Origin: Pseudomonadota bacterium
GTDB lineage: Bacteria; Pseudomonadota; Alphaproteobacteria; Rickettsiales; UBA3002
NCBI GenBank assembly: GCA_040384265.1
Contig: JAZKJM010000003.1
Location: forward strand, 15,919 to 79,918
DNA: 64,000 bases
Direction of reading: 5' to 3'
The translations under genes and the position numbers were made by a program. The notes under the pieces were generated by a model, which was not told where the DNA came from, searched no databases, and worked only from the letters and a program-made list of their open reading frames with translations. Of this stretch, positions 43,315-53,213 are shown one piece after another (position 1 is the stretch's first letter; each line of letters opens with the position of its first letter).

Positions 43315-43415
43315 GGGGGCGTCCCGCCCCCGCTACCGCATAAACAGTCCACTGGACTGTTTATGCCCGTCGTTCGCTAACGCTCCGGCTCCGCGCCGTC
43401 GCGCTGCGCACGGCT
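43315..43415 (+). repeat. GC-rich REP-like intergenic repeat, copy B, carrying a nested hairpin insertion
   Basis: GGGGCGTCCCGCCCCCGC ... CGTTCGCT(AACGCT)CCGGCTCCGCGCCGTCGCGCTGCGCACGGCT matches the reverse complement of 23990-24049. Relative to copy A, an extra segment holds the perfect hairpin CATAAACAGTCC-ACT-GGACTGTTTATG (43339-43365). Confidence 0.6.
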
Positions 43416-43567
43416 AAATGGGGACTATGCATTTTCTCACCTGCCCCCGTGTGTCCCCACTCCCTCCCTTGTCATCCCGGCCTTGTGCCGGACCCGGAGC
43501 GTAGCGGAGAGAGGCGAAGCCAATCCGGCGCGCATGAGCGCAGGCAATACTACTCGCGGGAAACCAG

Positions 43568-43614
43568 ACCCCGTCATACGACGGGGTGACAGCGGAAAAT
43601 GCTGCCCGCTGTCA
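43568..43614 (+). other. Two adjacent perfect stem-loops in a 393-nt intergenic region
   Basis: ACCCCGTC-ATAC-GACGGGGT (43568-43587), then GTGACAGCGG-loop-CCGCTGTCAC (43586-43614). Function unknown (sRNA 3' end, terminator or repeat). Confidence 0.4.
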
Positions 43615-43684
43615 CACAATTGTCATTTTACAATGCATGCGCGCGGGCTTATGATTGGGGAAACACCAATAAAGTAAGCAACCC

Positions 43685-44062
43685 ATGGCACTCACCAACG
43701 ATTGTAAACACGCCGCGCTGGAGGAGCTGGCCCATGCTGGCCATCCCGAGACGCATGGCGATCATGGTATCATGCATGGCGCGGCCGCCAATGATGCCCT
43801 GTATAGCCCTCCGGCCGCTAACGACCCACATATGGGAGAGCCAAAGCCCCAGAAGTTTGTCGACCTTGTCGGGAAAAAGATGAAATACGCCGATCTTGTC
43901 GGGTCAAAGCGGCATCATCATCGGAAGACGGCAGAGCTAAAAACCTCAGACCCCAAATGGCTACAGTACTTGCGAGCTTCAACCCTCGGCTCGCCTTACA
44001 CCCAACAGGTCGCCGAATCTCTGCTAATAAAAGACGCCGCGAACGACCCGTCTATCCGCTAG
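43685..44062 (+). CDS. Hypothetical His-rich protein (125 aa)
   Basis: Intact ORF with no clear SD. Contains an internal short repeat (FVDLVGKK / YADLVGSK). Its 3' end overlaps the purN 3' end by 11 nt (convergent). Confidence 0.4.
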   Translation: MALTNDCKHAALEELAHAGHPETHGDHGIMHGAAANDALYSPPAANDPHMGEPKPQKFVDLVGKKMKYADLVGSKRHHHRKTAELKTSDPKWLQYLRASTLGSPYTQQVAESLLIKDAANDPSIR

Positions 44063-44627
44063 CCGCCACTTTCGCCAGCGCGGCCGGGTAGATCCGGTGC
44101 TCCAGCGCATGCACGCGGGCTTGCAGGGTTTCAGCGGTGTCACCGGGCAGAATGGCGAGCGCTTCCTGCAGGATAATCGGCCCGGCATCCAGCTCGGGAA
44201 TCACCCAATGCACCGTCGCGCCGTGTTGGGCATCGCCCGCATCCAGCGCGCGCTGGTGGGTGTTGAGGCCCTTATATTTCGGCAGCAGGCTGGGATGGAT
44301 GTTGATGAGCCGGTTTTCCCACTGCTGTACAAACCCATCCGAGAGAATCCGCATAAACCCGGCGAGGCAGATGAGCTGAATGCCCTGCGCAACAAGCACG
44401 TCGCTCATCGCACTATCGAACGCGTCGCGGGTGGGGTAGTCGCGGTGGGCAATCACATGGGTGGCGATGCCTGCATGGGTGGCGCGGGTGAGGCCATAGG
44501 CATCGGGTTTATTGCTGATGACGAGGGCAATTTCCGCCGGGAAGCCGGGCGCGGCGGCGGCATCGATCAAGGCCTGCAGGTTACTGCCGTTGCCGGAAAT
44601 GAGAACCGCGGTCTTTACGCGCAGCAC
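44052..44627 (-). CDS. purN: Phosphoribosylglycinamide formyltransferase
   Basis: [34 protein letters not shown], and [16 protein letters not shown] 44627 is chosen and overlaps the purM 3' end; the Arg-rich upstream extension is rejected. Confidence 0.9.
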   Translation of the reverse strand: MLRVKTAVLISGNGSNLQALIDAAAAPGFPAEIALVISNKPDAYGLTRATHAGIATHVIAHRDYPTRDAFDSAMSDVLVAQGIQLICLAGFMRILSDGFVQQWENRLINIHPSLLPKYKGLNTHQRALDAGDAQHGATVHWVIPELDAGPIILQEALAILPGDTAETLQARVHALEHRIYPAALAKVAASG

Positions 44628-45682
44628 AAGGTCTCGGCGTAAGTGACGCGGCCTTTCTCGCACGCGGGAATCAGCTCGCCGATGATATGCACCGTCTCGC
44701 CCGCTTTTTCGAGCGCGGCGCGCACGGTCAGCGCATCCGCCGGGGCGACGACGAGGATCATGCCGATGCCGCAATTGAAGGTGCGCAGCATTTCGCTTTG
44801 CGGAATGTCGCCCACCGTCTGCATCCAGTCGAACACTGGCGGCAGGTGCCAGGCGGTGAGGTCGATCGCCGCGCTCAGCGTTTCGGGCAGCACGCGCGGC
44901 AGGTTCTCGGTGAGGCCGCCGCCGGTGATGTGGGCGAGCGCCTTCACTTGCCCATGGGCAAGGATCGGCAGCAGGGATTTCACGTAAATGCGGGTCGGTG
45001 CGAGCAGCGCATCGCCAAGCGTCGCATAGGGCGTGATGAACGGCGCCGGCGCATGCACATCCGCCTTGCTTTCGGCCAGCAGTTTGCGCACCAGCGAGTA
45101 GCCATTGCTATGGACACCCGAGGAGGACAGGCCGAGCAGAATATCACCTTTAGCAACCGTCGGCTTGGGCAGCAATTGCGTGCGCGCGACCGCGCCCACC
45201 GAAAAACCCGCGAGATCGTAATCCTCGCCTTCATACATGCCCGGCATCTCGGCGGTTTCACCGCCGACAAGGGCGCAACCGGCTTGTTTGCAGCCCACCG
45301 CAATGCCCGCCACCACATCCGCCGCGACATCGACATTCAGTTTGCCGGTGGCGTAATAATCCAGAAAGAACAGCGGCGTCGCGCCCTGCACGATGAGGTC
45401 GTTGACGCACATCGCCACCAGGTCGATCCCGATCGTGTCGTGCTTGTTGAGGTCCCCGGCGAGTTTGAGCTTGGTGCCCACGCCATCGGTGGTGGAAACC
45501 AGCAGCGCATCATGAAAGCCCGCGGCCTTGAGGTCGAACACCGCGCCGAAGCCGCCCAGCCCGCCCAGCGCACCGGCGCGCGCGGTAGATTTGGCATGCG
45601 GTTTAATGCGCTCGACCAGCGCGTTACCGGCCTCGATATCGACCCCGGCTTCTTTATATCGTGCGTTGCTTGGATGACTCAT
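44615..45682 (-). CDS. purM: Phosphoribosylformylglycinamidine cyclo-ligase (AIR synthetase)
   Basis: [22 protein letters not shown], and [11 protein letters not shown]. 355 aa. Confidence 0.96.
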   Translation of the reverse strand: MSHPSNARYKEAGVDIEAGNALVERIKPHAKSTARAGALGGLGGFGAVFDLKAAGFHDALLVSTTDGVGTKLKLAGDLNKHDTIGIDLVAMCVNDLIVQGATPLFFLDYYATGKLNVDVAADVVAGIAVGCKQAGCALVGGETAEMPGMYEGEDYDLAGFSVGAVARTQLLPKPTVAKGDILLGLSSSGVHSNGYSLVRKLLAESKADVHAPAPFITPYATLGDALLAPTRIYVKSLLPILAHGQVKALAHITGGGLTENLPRVLPETLSAAIDLTAWHLPPVFDWMQTVGDIPQSEMLRTFNCGIGMILVVAPADALTVRAALEKAGETVHIIGELIPACEKGRVTYAETLCCA

Positions 45683-45694
45683 TTGCGTTAGCCT

Positions 45695-46813
45695 ATGACA
45701 ATGATGATGTGCATCCTACGACAAACGCCCCGCCTTTGGCAATGGTTCGCTGTGGCTTTTTTCGCAGGCCTGCTTGGTTTTGCCGCCCCCGCGACCGCCA
45801 GCGTGCAGGATATCCGCGTGATCGCCGCCGGGGTGGATGAGAGCAGCCACGCTGCCGACGAAAAAGCGCTGGATTACGCCAAAAAACGCGCCGTTTACAT
45901 CGCCGCCCGCAAAATAGGTGGCCCCAGCACCACCGCCAAGCTCGAAAAATTCACCGATGCCGATTACCGCACCATCATCCGCGGCTACTCGGTGGTGCAA
46001 ACCCGCCGCGAGGCCCAGATCACCTATGCCGAGGTGATCGTCAGCATTGTCGATGAGGCCCTCGCCAAAGCCCTCAAACTGCCCGCCAGTGTGGCTGAAC
46101 AGGCCCCCATCATGCGCGCCGTCATGCTGCTGCCGGTCTATGTCACGCCCAAACGCGCCTTCGTGTGGGAGAAGGAAAATATGCTGCGTGTACCGCTGGC
46201 CGATGAGCTGCGCCGCAAAGCCCATGGCGGGGTGCTGCTGCCCGGCGGCGGCTTCGAGGATATGCGCCTGATCGATCACCAGAACGCGCTGACCGTCACG
46301 CCCGATGAAATGGGGCCGATGTTCACCCGCTACGGCGTGGATGAGATTATTGTCGCGGTGCTCACCCCCGGTGCCGTCGGCACGCTCGATGGCTCCAGCG
46401 TACTGCTGCGCCGCCTGAAGCCGGATGGCACCCATAACGAAATCCTCGAAATTCCCGCTGAAACGGTCGATGACACCTCCCTCACCCGCGTTAATCGGGC
46501 GGTGGTCGCCATCGCCTCGGCCGTGACGCAGATCGCCAGCTCCACCGCCGAAGCCGAGCAGGCCGCCCGCGCCAAGGCCAAAACCATTGCCGTCCACTTC
46601 GCCTACCGCACCCCGCGGGATCTGGCCACCATGCAAAAAGCCGTGCGCGCCGCGCCCGAAGTGCTGGATCTGGCCCTGCCTGCCATCGCCCTATCGCAGG
46701 TCATGGGTACTATTTATTTACAGGGCGACGCGAACACGCTACGTCAGGGGCTGGTGAAACAAGGCGTCCTCGTCACCGATACGGCAGATGGCTGGCGCCT
46801 TTCCACACGATAG
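45695..46813 (+). CDS. Secreted conserved hypothetical protein, DUF2066-like by position
   Basis: Signal peptide ([14 protein letters not shown]|SV). Sits between purM and the AI-2E permease/hda genes, where DUF2066 proteins are found in many proteobacteria (recalled synteny, not a search result). The start codon among the MTMMM run is uncertain. Confidence 0.55.
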   Translation: MTMMMCILRQTPRLWQWFAVAFFAGLLGFAAPATASVQDIRVIAAGVDESSHAADEKALDYAKKRAVYIAARKIGGPSTTAKLEKFTDADYRTIIRGYSVVQTRREAQITYAEVIVSIVDEALAKALKLPASVAEQAPIMRAVMLLPVYVTPKRAFVWEKENMLRVPLADELRRKAHGGVLLPGGGFEDMRLIDHQNALTVTPDEMGPMFTRYGVDEIIVAVLTPGAVGTLDGSSVLLRRLKPDGTHNEILEIPAETVDDTSLTRVNRAVVAIASAVTQIASSTAEAEQAARAKAKTIAVHFAYRTPRDLATMQKAVRAAPEVLDLALPAIALSQVMGTIYLQGDANTLRQGLVKQGVLVTDTADGWRLSTR

Positions 46814-46824
46814 GAATAGAAGCG

Positions 46825-47928
46825 ATGATGGAGACGATCAAACATACAGGCAATGGCTGGCAGGCGCGGTGGTTCCATTTCGCGATGTGGCTGGCCATCC
46901 TCACCGCGTTCATCCTCTTCCTGCGCGCGGTCGAGCCGATCCTGCTGCCGTTCGTGCTCGGCCTGTTCGTCGCCTATTTGATGGACCCGCTCGCCCACCG
47001 GCTGCAACGGCTGGGCCTCAGCCGCAGCCTGTCCACCGCCATCATCACGCTGACGCTGTTCACCCTGCTCACCGCGCTCATCATCTGGCTGGCGCCGATC
47101 CTGTATGACCAGGTTTCCAAGCTGCTCGCCAAAGCACCCGGCATGCTGCACCAGATGGAGCGTAGCGCCCGCAGCTGGGCGGAGCCGCTGCTGCAGAACC
47201 TCAACCAGCTGACCGGCGGCAGCGACACCGGCACCCTCCCGGCCGATACCAACGAAATCGTGCAAAACGCGGTCGATGCATCGTCGGGCTTCGTGCAGCG
47301 CATGGTCGCCTCGGGCGCCGCACTCATCAATGTCGCCGCGCTGCTGCTCATCACGCCGATCGTCTGCTTCTACCTGATCCGCGACTGGCCGTCGATGATC
47401 CGCAAGGTCGATAGCATGCTGCCGCTGGCCTATGCGCCGACCATCCGCGAGCAACTTTACCAGATCAACCGCACGCTGGCCGCCTATCTGCGCGGGCAGA
47501 TCACGGTGATGATTTTCATGTCGATATTCTATATCGCCGGGCTGGTGCTGGTCGGGCTTAATTTCGGACTGGTGCTGGGGTTGCTGGCGGGCTGCATCAT
47601 CATCGTGCCCTATCTGGGATCGGTGATTTCGGTCGGGCTGGGCTTGCTGATCGCCTATGGCCAGTTTGACGGCTCAGCCGGATTCTGGATGGTGGTGGCG
47701 GTGTATGGCGCCGGGCAGATCCTCGAATCGCAGATCCTCACGCCCAAAATCATCGGCGACCGCGTCGGCCTGCACCCGTTATGGATGCTGTTTGGCATGC
47801 TCGCCGGGGCGGTGCTGCTCGGGTTTGTCGGGGTGCTGCTGGCCGTGCCGCTCACTGCCGTCATCGGCGTGCTCGTAAAATTTGCCGTCGGGCGTTACCT
47901 GCAATCGGGCCTCTATCTCGATTTATAA
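46825..47928 (+). CDS. AI-2E family transporter (PerM/YhhT-like permease)
   Basis: 367 aa, about 8 TM. Family-typical C-terminal region (GLHPLWMLFGMLAGAVLLGFVGVLLAVPL). Confidence 0.85.
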   Translation: MMETIKHTGNGWQARWFHFAMWLAILTAFILFLRAVEPILLPFVLGLFVAYLMDPLAHRLQRLGLSRSLSTAIITLTLFTLLTALIIWLAPILYDQVSKLLAKAPGMLHQMERSARSWAEPLLQNLNQLTGGSDTGTLPADTNEIVQNAVDASSGFVQRMVASGAALINVAALLLITPIVCFYLIRDWPSMIRKVDSMLPLAYAPTIREQLYQINRTLAAYLRGQITVMIFMSIFYIAGLVLVGLNFGLVLGLLAGCIIIVPYLGSVISVGLGLLIAYGQFDGSAGFWMVVAVYGAGQILESQILTPKIIGDRVGLHPLWMLFGMLAGAVLLGFVGVLLAVPLTAVIGVLVKFAVGRYLQSGLYLDL

Positions 47929-47946
47929 CCGCAAGGATGTCACCCC

Positions 47947-48606
47947 ATGCAACTGGTCATGCCATTTGCGCGCAGCACAAGTTACGACGCCGCGGATTAT
48001 ATCCGTGGTTCCAGCAATGCCGACGCGCTTGACCTCATCGAGCGCTGGCCGGACTGGCCCTATTCGCTGATGCTCGTCCACGGCCCACGCAGCGCCGGAA
48101 AAACCCATCTCGCCCATGTGTTCGCCCGCCGCGCGCAGGCGCATTTCATCGACACCGCGCGCATCGGCACCGTTCCGGCCGACCTGCTGCTCACCGGCAA
48201 TCACTGCTGGGTGCTCGATGGCGTCGAGACCGTCGCCGATGCGGCGGCCCTTGCCCAGCTCATCAACCATCTGCGCGCCCGCGGCGACTACCTGCTGATG
48301 ACCGCCGCCACCCCCGCCGCCCAGCTGCCCTTCACCCTGCCCGACCTGCGCTCGCGGCTGAACGCCCTGCCCGCCGTCGCCCTGCATGCGCCCGACGATG
48401 CCTTGCTGATGGGTGTCCTCGCCAAACATTTCGCCGACCGCCAGCTGCGCGTCGCACCCGAGGTGCTGCACTACGCCGCCAGCCATCTCGAACGCAGCTA
48501 CGACGCCGTCCAAACCCTCGCCCGCATCCTCGACAAACTCTCCCTGACCCGCAACAAGCCAGTGACTATCGTATTGGTGAAAGAAGCAATTGCGAGCAGT
48601 AGTTAA
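47947..48606 (+). CDS. hdaA: DnaA-regulatory inactivator HdaA/Hda
   Basis: N-terminal clamp-binding-like MQLVMPF. Walker A GPRSAGKTHLAH. DnaA-AAA+-like core of about 220 aa. Confidence 0.8.
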   Translation: MQLVMPFARSTSYDAADYIRGSSNADALDLIERWPDWPYSLMLVHGPRSAGKTHLAHVFARRAQAHFIDTARIGTVPADLLLTGNHCWVLDGVETVADAAALAQLINHLRARGDYLLMTAATPAAQLPFTLPDLRSRLNALPAVALHAPDDALLMGVLAKHFADRQLRVAPEVLHYAASHLERSYDAVQTLARILDKLSLTRNKPVTIVLVKEAIASSS

Positions 48607-48638
48607 GCGCCTTTGGCGCGTGGGAGCGAATGCGCGCG

Positions 48639-49355
48639 CTACGCGCGCTCGCGCTCTTCTATCGCCCGTTCCAATTTGCGCAGCACAGCGTGCATCCAGT
48701 CCCACCCGGCCTGTTTGGCTGATAGGGCGCGTAGCATCAGCTCATTGATCGGCGAGTTGAGCATCATGCGGTAGCCGCCCGCATAGGTATCCGCCGCCCG
48801 CTCGACTTCGCGTAGCGCATAATCCATTTCGCTTTGCGGGGTCGTCACATCCGCCGCCATTTGCCCAAGCAGCAGCTGGGCTTCCAGCTTCAGCAGCGCC
48901 GCAAGGTCGCCCTGCTGGTAGGCCGCGTTCAGCGTATGCATGTGATTGGCTTGCGCCCCGGCCCCATCGACCACCATCGCGCGGTCGGGGTGAATTTCCT
49001 TGGCAAGGCTGCGGTAACGCGTTTTCAGCTCCACCCGCCGGGCATCGCGCGTATCGCGCTGGGCGTGCACCGCCGGCATGGCCAGCGGGTCGTCCAATGG
49101 TTGCGCTTCAAGCTGCGCCAACCGCTCGGTCGCCGCGCCCACCACATCGTAATACTGGTTGGCAAAGGCGCTGAGTTCTTCCTCCAGCTGCAGCATGCGG
49201 CGGGCTTCGCGCTCCAGCCGGTCGAGGGTCGTTCCCATGCGCGCGCGCAGCGTCATCCCAAAGCGGTCGGCGCCCTGTTCAGGCAAGGGAAAGCCTGGAT
49301 TTTTGAATGTTGCTTGCTGAAGCACCGAACCACCATCTGTAGTCTTTGACTGCAC
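48639..49355 (-). CDS. J-domain-containing protein
   Basis: YRSLAKEIHPDRA (HPD motif) in a 238-aa helical protein. Confidence 0.6.
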   Translation of the reverse strand: MQSKTTDGGSVLQQATFKNPGFPLPEQGADRFGMTLRARMGTTLDRLEREARRMLQLEEELSAFANQYYDVVGAATERLAQLEAQPLDDPLAMPAVHAQRDTRDARRVELKTRYRSLAKEIHPDRAMVVDGAGAQANHMHTLNAAYQQGDLAALLKLEAQLLLGQMAADVTTPQSEMDYALREVERAADTYAGGYRMMLNSPINELMLRALSAKQAGWDWMHAVLRKLERAIEERERA

Positions 49356-49434
49356 AACTACATACTAAATACTGTGGTCGATGGAAAGCGAAAAGGCCCT
49401 ACCCAAACCGCAAAAATCATTCTAGCTTCCACCC

Positions 49435-50364
49435 ATGACCCTGCTCGCGCCCTACCTTCATCTGCTCGCCGCCCGTGCTGAATGGCTGGTGCTGGTGGTG
49501 CCCGCCGCCGCCCTCCTTGGCGATGCGCTCGGACGCCGCGACATGCAGGCAATTGGCGCACGCGGCCAGCGTTTCCTCGCCACGCTTCAACGCAAGCTCG
49601 ACCGCCCGGCCCGCGGCATCGCGACGCTGGTATACCGCGGCATCATCGCCCTCACGCTGCTGCTGATCCCGGCGGTCATCGCCGGCATCCTGCTGGAGCG
49701 GCCACTGCCATGGGTGCAGGGCGCCAAAGCGCTGCTGCTGATTCTCTGGTTTGGCCATGGCTTTGCCACCTACCGGGTGCTGAACCTCTGGCAACGCGCC
49801 CGGCGCGGCACCTTGCCGCTCGAACTGCCCGGCCTCCATTTCCTGTTTGCCGATACCCATGCGGTGCTTCGCCATCTCGTCCTCACCCAGACCGAGCGCT
49901 TTGCCACCGCCATCGTCGGCGCCAGCGTCTGGTACCTCATCGGCGGGATGCCCACCATGCTGGTTTACCTCACCGCCGCTACCGCCGCCCGCCACTACCG
50001 CACCCCGGCATTTGGCTGGGCGGCGCGCGCGCTGTTCGGCCTGCTCGATGCGCTGCCGCGCGCGCTCACGCTGCTGGTGATGCTGCTCGCCGCCCTTTTT
50101 ACGCCGCAGACCCACCCCATCGCCGCCTGCCGCGCCCGCAGCTGGCCTGCCTTCACCGCGCGGCTGCTGGGTGTCTCGCTGGGTGGCCGCACACCCGCTG
50201 GCGACCAGCCATGGGTGGGCACCGGCACCCCCAAATTGACCGCCCTCCACCTGCGCCGCCTGCTGCAACTGCTGCTGGTGGCGACCATCCTGCTGACCTT
50301 GCTTTATGCCGCGCCGCATATCCATGAGCTGCTGATTTCCCAACCGAAAACAGGCTTCGCCTGA
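49435..50364 (+). CDS. CobD/CbiB-family membrane protein
   Basis: By-eye alignment with CbiB: ERFATAIVGASVWYLIGGMP.., DALPRALT (compare NYLPARLS), LGVSLGGRTPAGDQPWVG (compare LGIQLGG...DKPWIG). Confidence 0.55.
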   Translation: MTLLAPYLHLLAARAEWLVLVVPAAALLGDALGRRDMQAIGARGQRFLATLQRKLDRPARGIATLVYRGIIALTLLLIPAVIAGILLERPLPWVQGAKALLLILWFGHGFATYRVLNLWQRARRGTLPLELPGLHFLFADTHAVLRHLVLTQTERFATAIVGASVWYLIGGMPTMLVYLTAATAARHYRTPAFGWAARALFGLLDALPRALTLLVMLLAALFTPQTHPIAACRARSWPAFTARLLGVSLGGRTPAGDQPWVGTGTPKLTALHLRRLLQLLLVATILLTLLYAAPHIHELLISQPKTGFA

Positions 50365-50500
50365 CCGGCAGCGTGCCATGCGCCTGCTGCATGGCCCCGC
50401 CCGTAGCCCTGCGACTGTCACACAATCTTCACGAAACGCTGCGTGTTTCAACGCCTTAATCGGCGTATAATGCGAGGATAAGAAGAGGAGTGCGTTCTCA

Positions 50501-51811
50501 ATGGAGAACCTCACGGCAGAGCAACCCAACACCGACGCCAGCGCGGCCAACCCGTCTGCGCGCGTTCTCGGGCCGCTCAGCCATGTCGGCACCGCCCCTT
50601 CCGCGCCCCCCAGCGCCCCGCAACACACCCGCACCGAATCGACCCTCGCCCCCACCTCGGAATTTGTGCGCTACCTGCTGCTCGCACTGCCTGCCCGTTA
50701 CATCGCCCGCTCCGGCATCGAATCGGCGCTGAACGACAAAGCCCCCGGCATCGTCAAACGCGTGGTCGAGCGCATTGCCAGCCTCTTCAAACACACCGGC
50801 ATTGACCGCGCCAAAGGCAGCGACATCGCTTATGACTACGCGCTGGGCGCGGGCAGTCTTGCCCTCACCACCACCTACACGCGGCTGGTCTACAAGGACA
50901 TCCAGAACATGTTCTGCGAGACCGTCGGGCTCGAACTGGGCAAACCGGCCGACCAGGTGACCTTCAGCGACATCACCCACAGCGATAACAAAATCGTCGC
51001 CAAAACCCTGCATAACTTCAAAGTAAAAACGGCCGAGCGCTTCGGCACTGATTTGCTGTTCTTCAGCCGCGCCATTCCCGCCCTGCGCTGGCTGAATGTC
51101 GGTGACCTGATGATCGGCGTCAAAGCCGCTCTTGCGCTGGGCGACACCTGGAAACGCAAAACCACCATGTTCGAGGATCTCGTCACCTTCGTGAACAACA
51201 AGATCAACCCACGCAACGGGCTTGGCCAGCCGATTGGCGTCGGCGAGGTGTTCGATCTCTACCAGCATTACGAGCAGGCCTATCACCCCACCAACGCCTT
51301 CAAAGACGTGCTGGAGCGCGGCACCGACGAGGGCGCGCGCTGGGCGCAAAGCCAACCGATTTTCCAGCGTATCACCGAGCTGATGAACCTCACCTATGCC
51401 TATAAACACAGCACCGTGCTCGATCCGCAAACCGGCCAGGCGGTGCATCAGGCCGAGTTCACCCTGCCGGTGTTCGTCTACCTGCTCGGCCACGACCTGA
51501 TCGATGTAAATAAGCCCGAGCGCACCCTCGCCACCATCGAGATCGCCAACCGCTACGGCATCGCCGCGGTGAAGGATATGCAGGCCCAGCTCGCTTCCGG
51601 TGCGTCGCTCGCCGACATCACCACGCGCTACCCCGTGCCCGCCCACAAAGCGACCGACAAAAAAACCGATGAGAACGAGAAAAACAGCGTAATCGCCAAA
51701 GGCTCGACTATGCAGTTGGAGCGCGCCGAACCAGCCAGCCGGATCGATGTGGACAGCATCCACCACCACCAGACCGTCACCGGCACCGCCGTCACCCCCG
51801 CCCTCGCCTAA
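50501..51811 (+). CDS. Hypothetical protein (436 aa)
   Basis: GAGGAG about 11 nt upstream. Pro/Ala/Ser-rich N-terminus, then a region of about 330 aa with no motif I recognise. Confidence 0.55.
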   Translation: MENLTAEQPNTDASAANPSARVLGPLSHVGTAPSAPPSAPQHTRTESTLAPTSEFVRYLLLALPARYIARSGIESALNDKAPGIVKRVVERIASLFKHTGIDRAKGSDIAYDYALGAGSLALTTTYTRLVYKDIQNMFCETVGLELGKPADQVTFSDITHSDNKIVAKTLHNFKVKTAERFGTDLLFFSRAIPALRWLNVGDLMIGVKAALALGDTWKRKTTMFEDLVTFVNNKINPRNGLGQPIGVGEVFDLYQHYEQAYHPTNAFKDVLERGTDEGARWAQSQPIFQRITELMNLTYAYKHSTVLDPQTGQAVHQAEFTLPVFVYLLGHDLIDVNKPERTLATIEIANRYGIAAVKDMQAQLASGASLADITTRYPVPAHKATDKKTDENEKNSVIAKGSTMQLERAEPASRIDVDSIHHHQTVTGTAVTPALA

Positions 51812-51836
51812 GCGAGCGCAGGCAGCGTAACGACGC

Positions 51837-53213
51837 TTACTTCGTCACCCGCACTTTTTGCAGGCTGGTGACAATCCCACCAAAGACCAATGACAGCTTG
51901 GCTGCATCCGGAGCGATGAAGAAGAACTGATCCTTATTCGTCGCCGGATTGCCGCTCGCACATTTCGACAGGAAGTCTGCCACTGTCGCATCATTTTCCA
52001 CCTCTTTACCAAAGGCGACGGTATAGATGAGAACGTCCTTCTCTTCTTTCAACTTTTTGCACACCGCAAGGCTGGCCGGGTTGACCGTCGCATTAACAGC
52101 AGCATTACGACTCACTTCGTTCTTACCATCTGTCAATAACACCACAGCACGGCTGGTCGAGGAAGCTGGGCGCATCGATGATGTCCGACTGAATGCGGCG
52201 TTCAAGCCAAGCGTACTGTTTGTTGCGCCATAGGCAAACATACGGTCGAGATGCCGGCTCACGATTGTATACTGATCGCTGAACGGCTCGTCGGTAAGCA
52301 GCATCTCGCTCCAGCGAACCACTGCAATCCGGTTGGTGCGCGGGTTGGGGTCGAGGAAGGCGCTGGCAAGATAATTCGCAGAGTAGCGCAATGCATTCAG
52401 GCGGTTCGCCCCCCGCAAACCATAGTTTTCGCACCCGGCAACACCTGGCACCCAAGGGCATGTCTCAGCATCGGTATAGGCTGAACATTTTGCCACTTCA
52501 CCAGGCGACCGTGTTACGGCAAGCGACATGGCCGCTGCTTGTGCTGCAGATTGAGTGTACCCCAGGCCAGTATAGTGAGCGTAATAGTCCTCATATGCGA
52601 GGTTGAAATTAACACCATTGGGGCTGTTGGATGTGCTGCACGCCGCCACGGCTGCAGTACGGGTTTCCGTCGCCAATCCAGATGGCACGTTGCGGGTCGA
52701 ACCCGACCCCACATCAACACTGCTCATCGACAAGGAGTTATCCATCACCAGCACCATATCAATCGGCGGGATAGAACTAAGGCCCAACTCGGCCGTACTG
52801 TCACCTTTGGCGGGCAGGTTCTCAGGCCCGGCGGGCAGGTTGCGTACAAAGGCTGTCTCAATCGACGTATCGAACGTATGCACGCGGATCGTCGTGCCTG
52901 CAATCTCCACCGTCGGCGTCGGCGCGGGTGAAACACCGAAATAGCCGTCCGGGAAATTCAGTAGGAAATAGCGGCGGGCGGTCGCCTTACGCTCCTCGTC
53001 CGTTGCCGGATCGGCCATACTGGCGCCGGCCAGCACTGCGGCATCGGTCGCCTGCTGCAGCTTCTGGCGCACCAGCTGCTGGTGGCCAAGGTCATAACCC
53101 GCCCCACCGATGCCCACCAGAATCAGGAATGAGATGCCGAAAATCATCAGGACCGAGCCCGACTGATCGGCCATAAACCGTTGATAGATGCGCCTGATCA
53201 TAAAATTCCTCAT
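51837..53213 (-). CDS. TadG-like pseudopilin with von Willebrand factor A domain
   Basis: TadE/G-like N-terminus (DQSGSVLMIFGISFLILVGIGGAGYDLG...ATDAAVLAGA). vWA MIDAS motif DMVLVMDNSLSMS. Overlaps the upstream gene by 4 nt. Confidence 0.75.
   Translation of the reverse strand: MRNFMIRRIYQRFMADQSGSVLMIFGISFLILVGIGGAGYDLGHQQLVRQKLQQATDAAVLAGASMADPATDEERKATARRYFLLNFPDGYFGVSPAPTPTVEIAGTTIRVHTFDTSIETAFVRNLPAGPENLPAKGDSTAELGLSSIPPIDMVLVMDNSLSMSSVDVGSGSTRNVPSGLATETRTAAVAACSTSNSPNGVNFNLAYEDYYAHYTGLGYTQSAAQAAAMSLAVTRSPGEVAKCSAYTDAETCPWVPGVAGCENYGLRGANRLNALRYSANYLASAFLDPNPRTNRIAVVRWSEMLLTDEPFSDQYTIVSRHLDRMFAYGATNSTLGLNAAFSRTSSMRPASSTSRAVVLLTDGKNEVSRNAAVNATVNPASLAVCKKLKEEKDVLIYTVAFGKEVENDATVADFLSKCASGNPATNKDQFFFIAPDAAKLSLVFGGIVTSLQKVRVTK

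Noticed and set aside
43437-43619. 60-aa minus-strand ORF in the ndk downstream spacer
   Set aside because: It is composed almost entirely of translated hairpin and repeat sequence. No start context.
44687-45691. 334-aa + strand ORF opposite purM
   Set aside because: Antisense to an unmistakable purM.
49417-50655. 412-aa minus-strand ORF and alternative-frame ORF 49482-50327 over the CobD/CbiB-like gene
   Set aside because: The + strand frame gives a polytopic membrane protein alignable to CbiB. The others are Arg/Gly/Ala/Pro low-complexity.
50498-51769. 423-aa ORF antisense to the 436-aa hypothetical gene
   Set aside because: The + strand ORF has a strong SD and balanced amino-acid composition. 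The antisense product is Gly/Val/Ala/Asp-rich. The choice between strands is less certain here than for the housekeeping genes.
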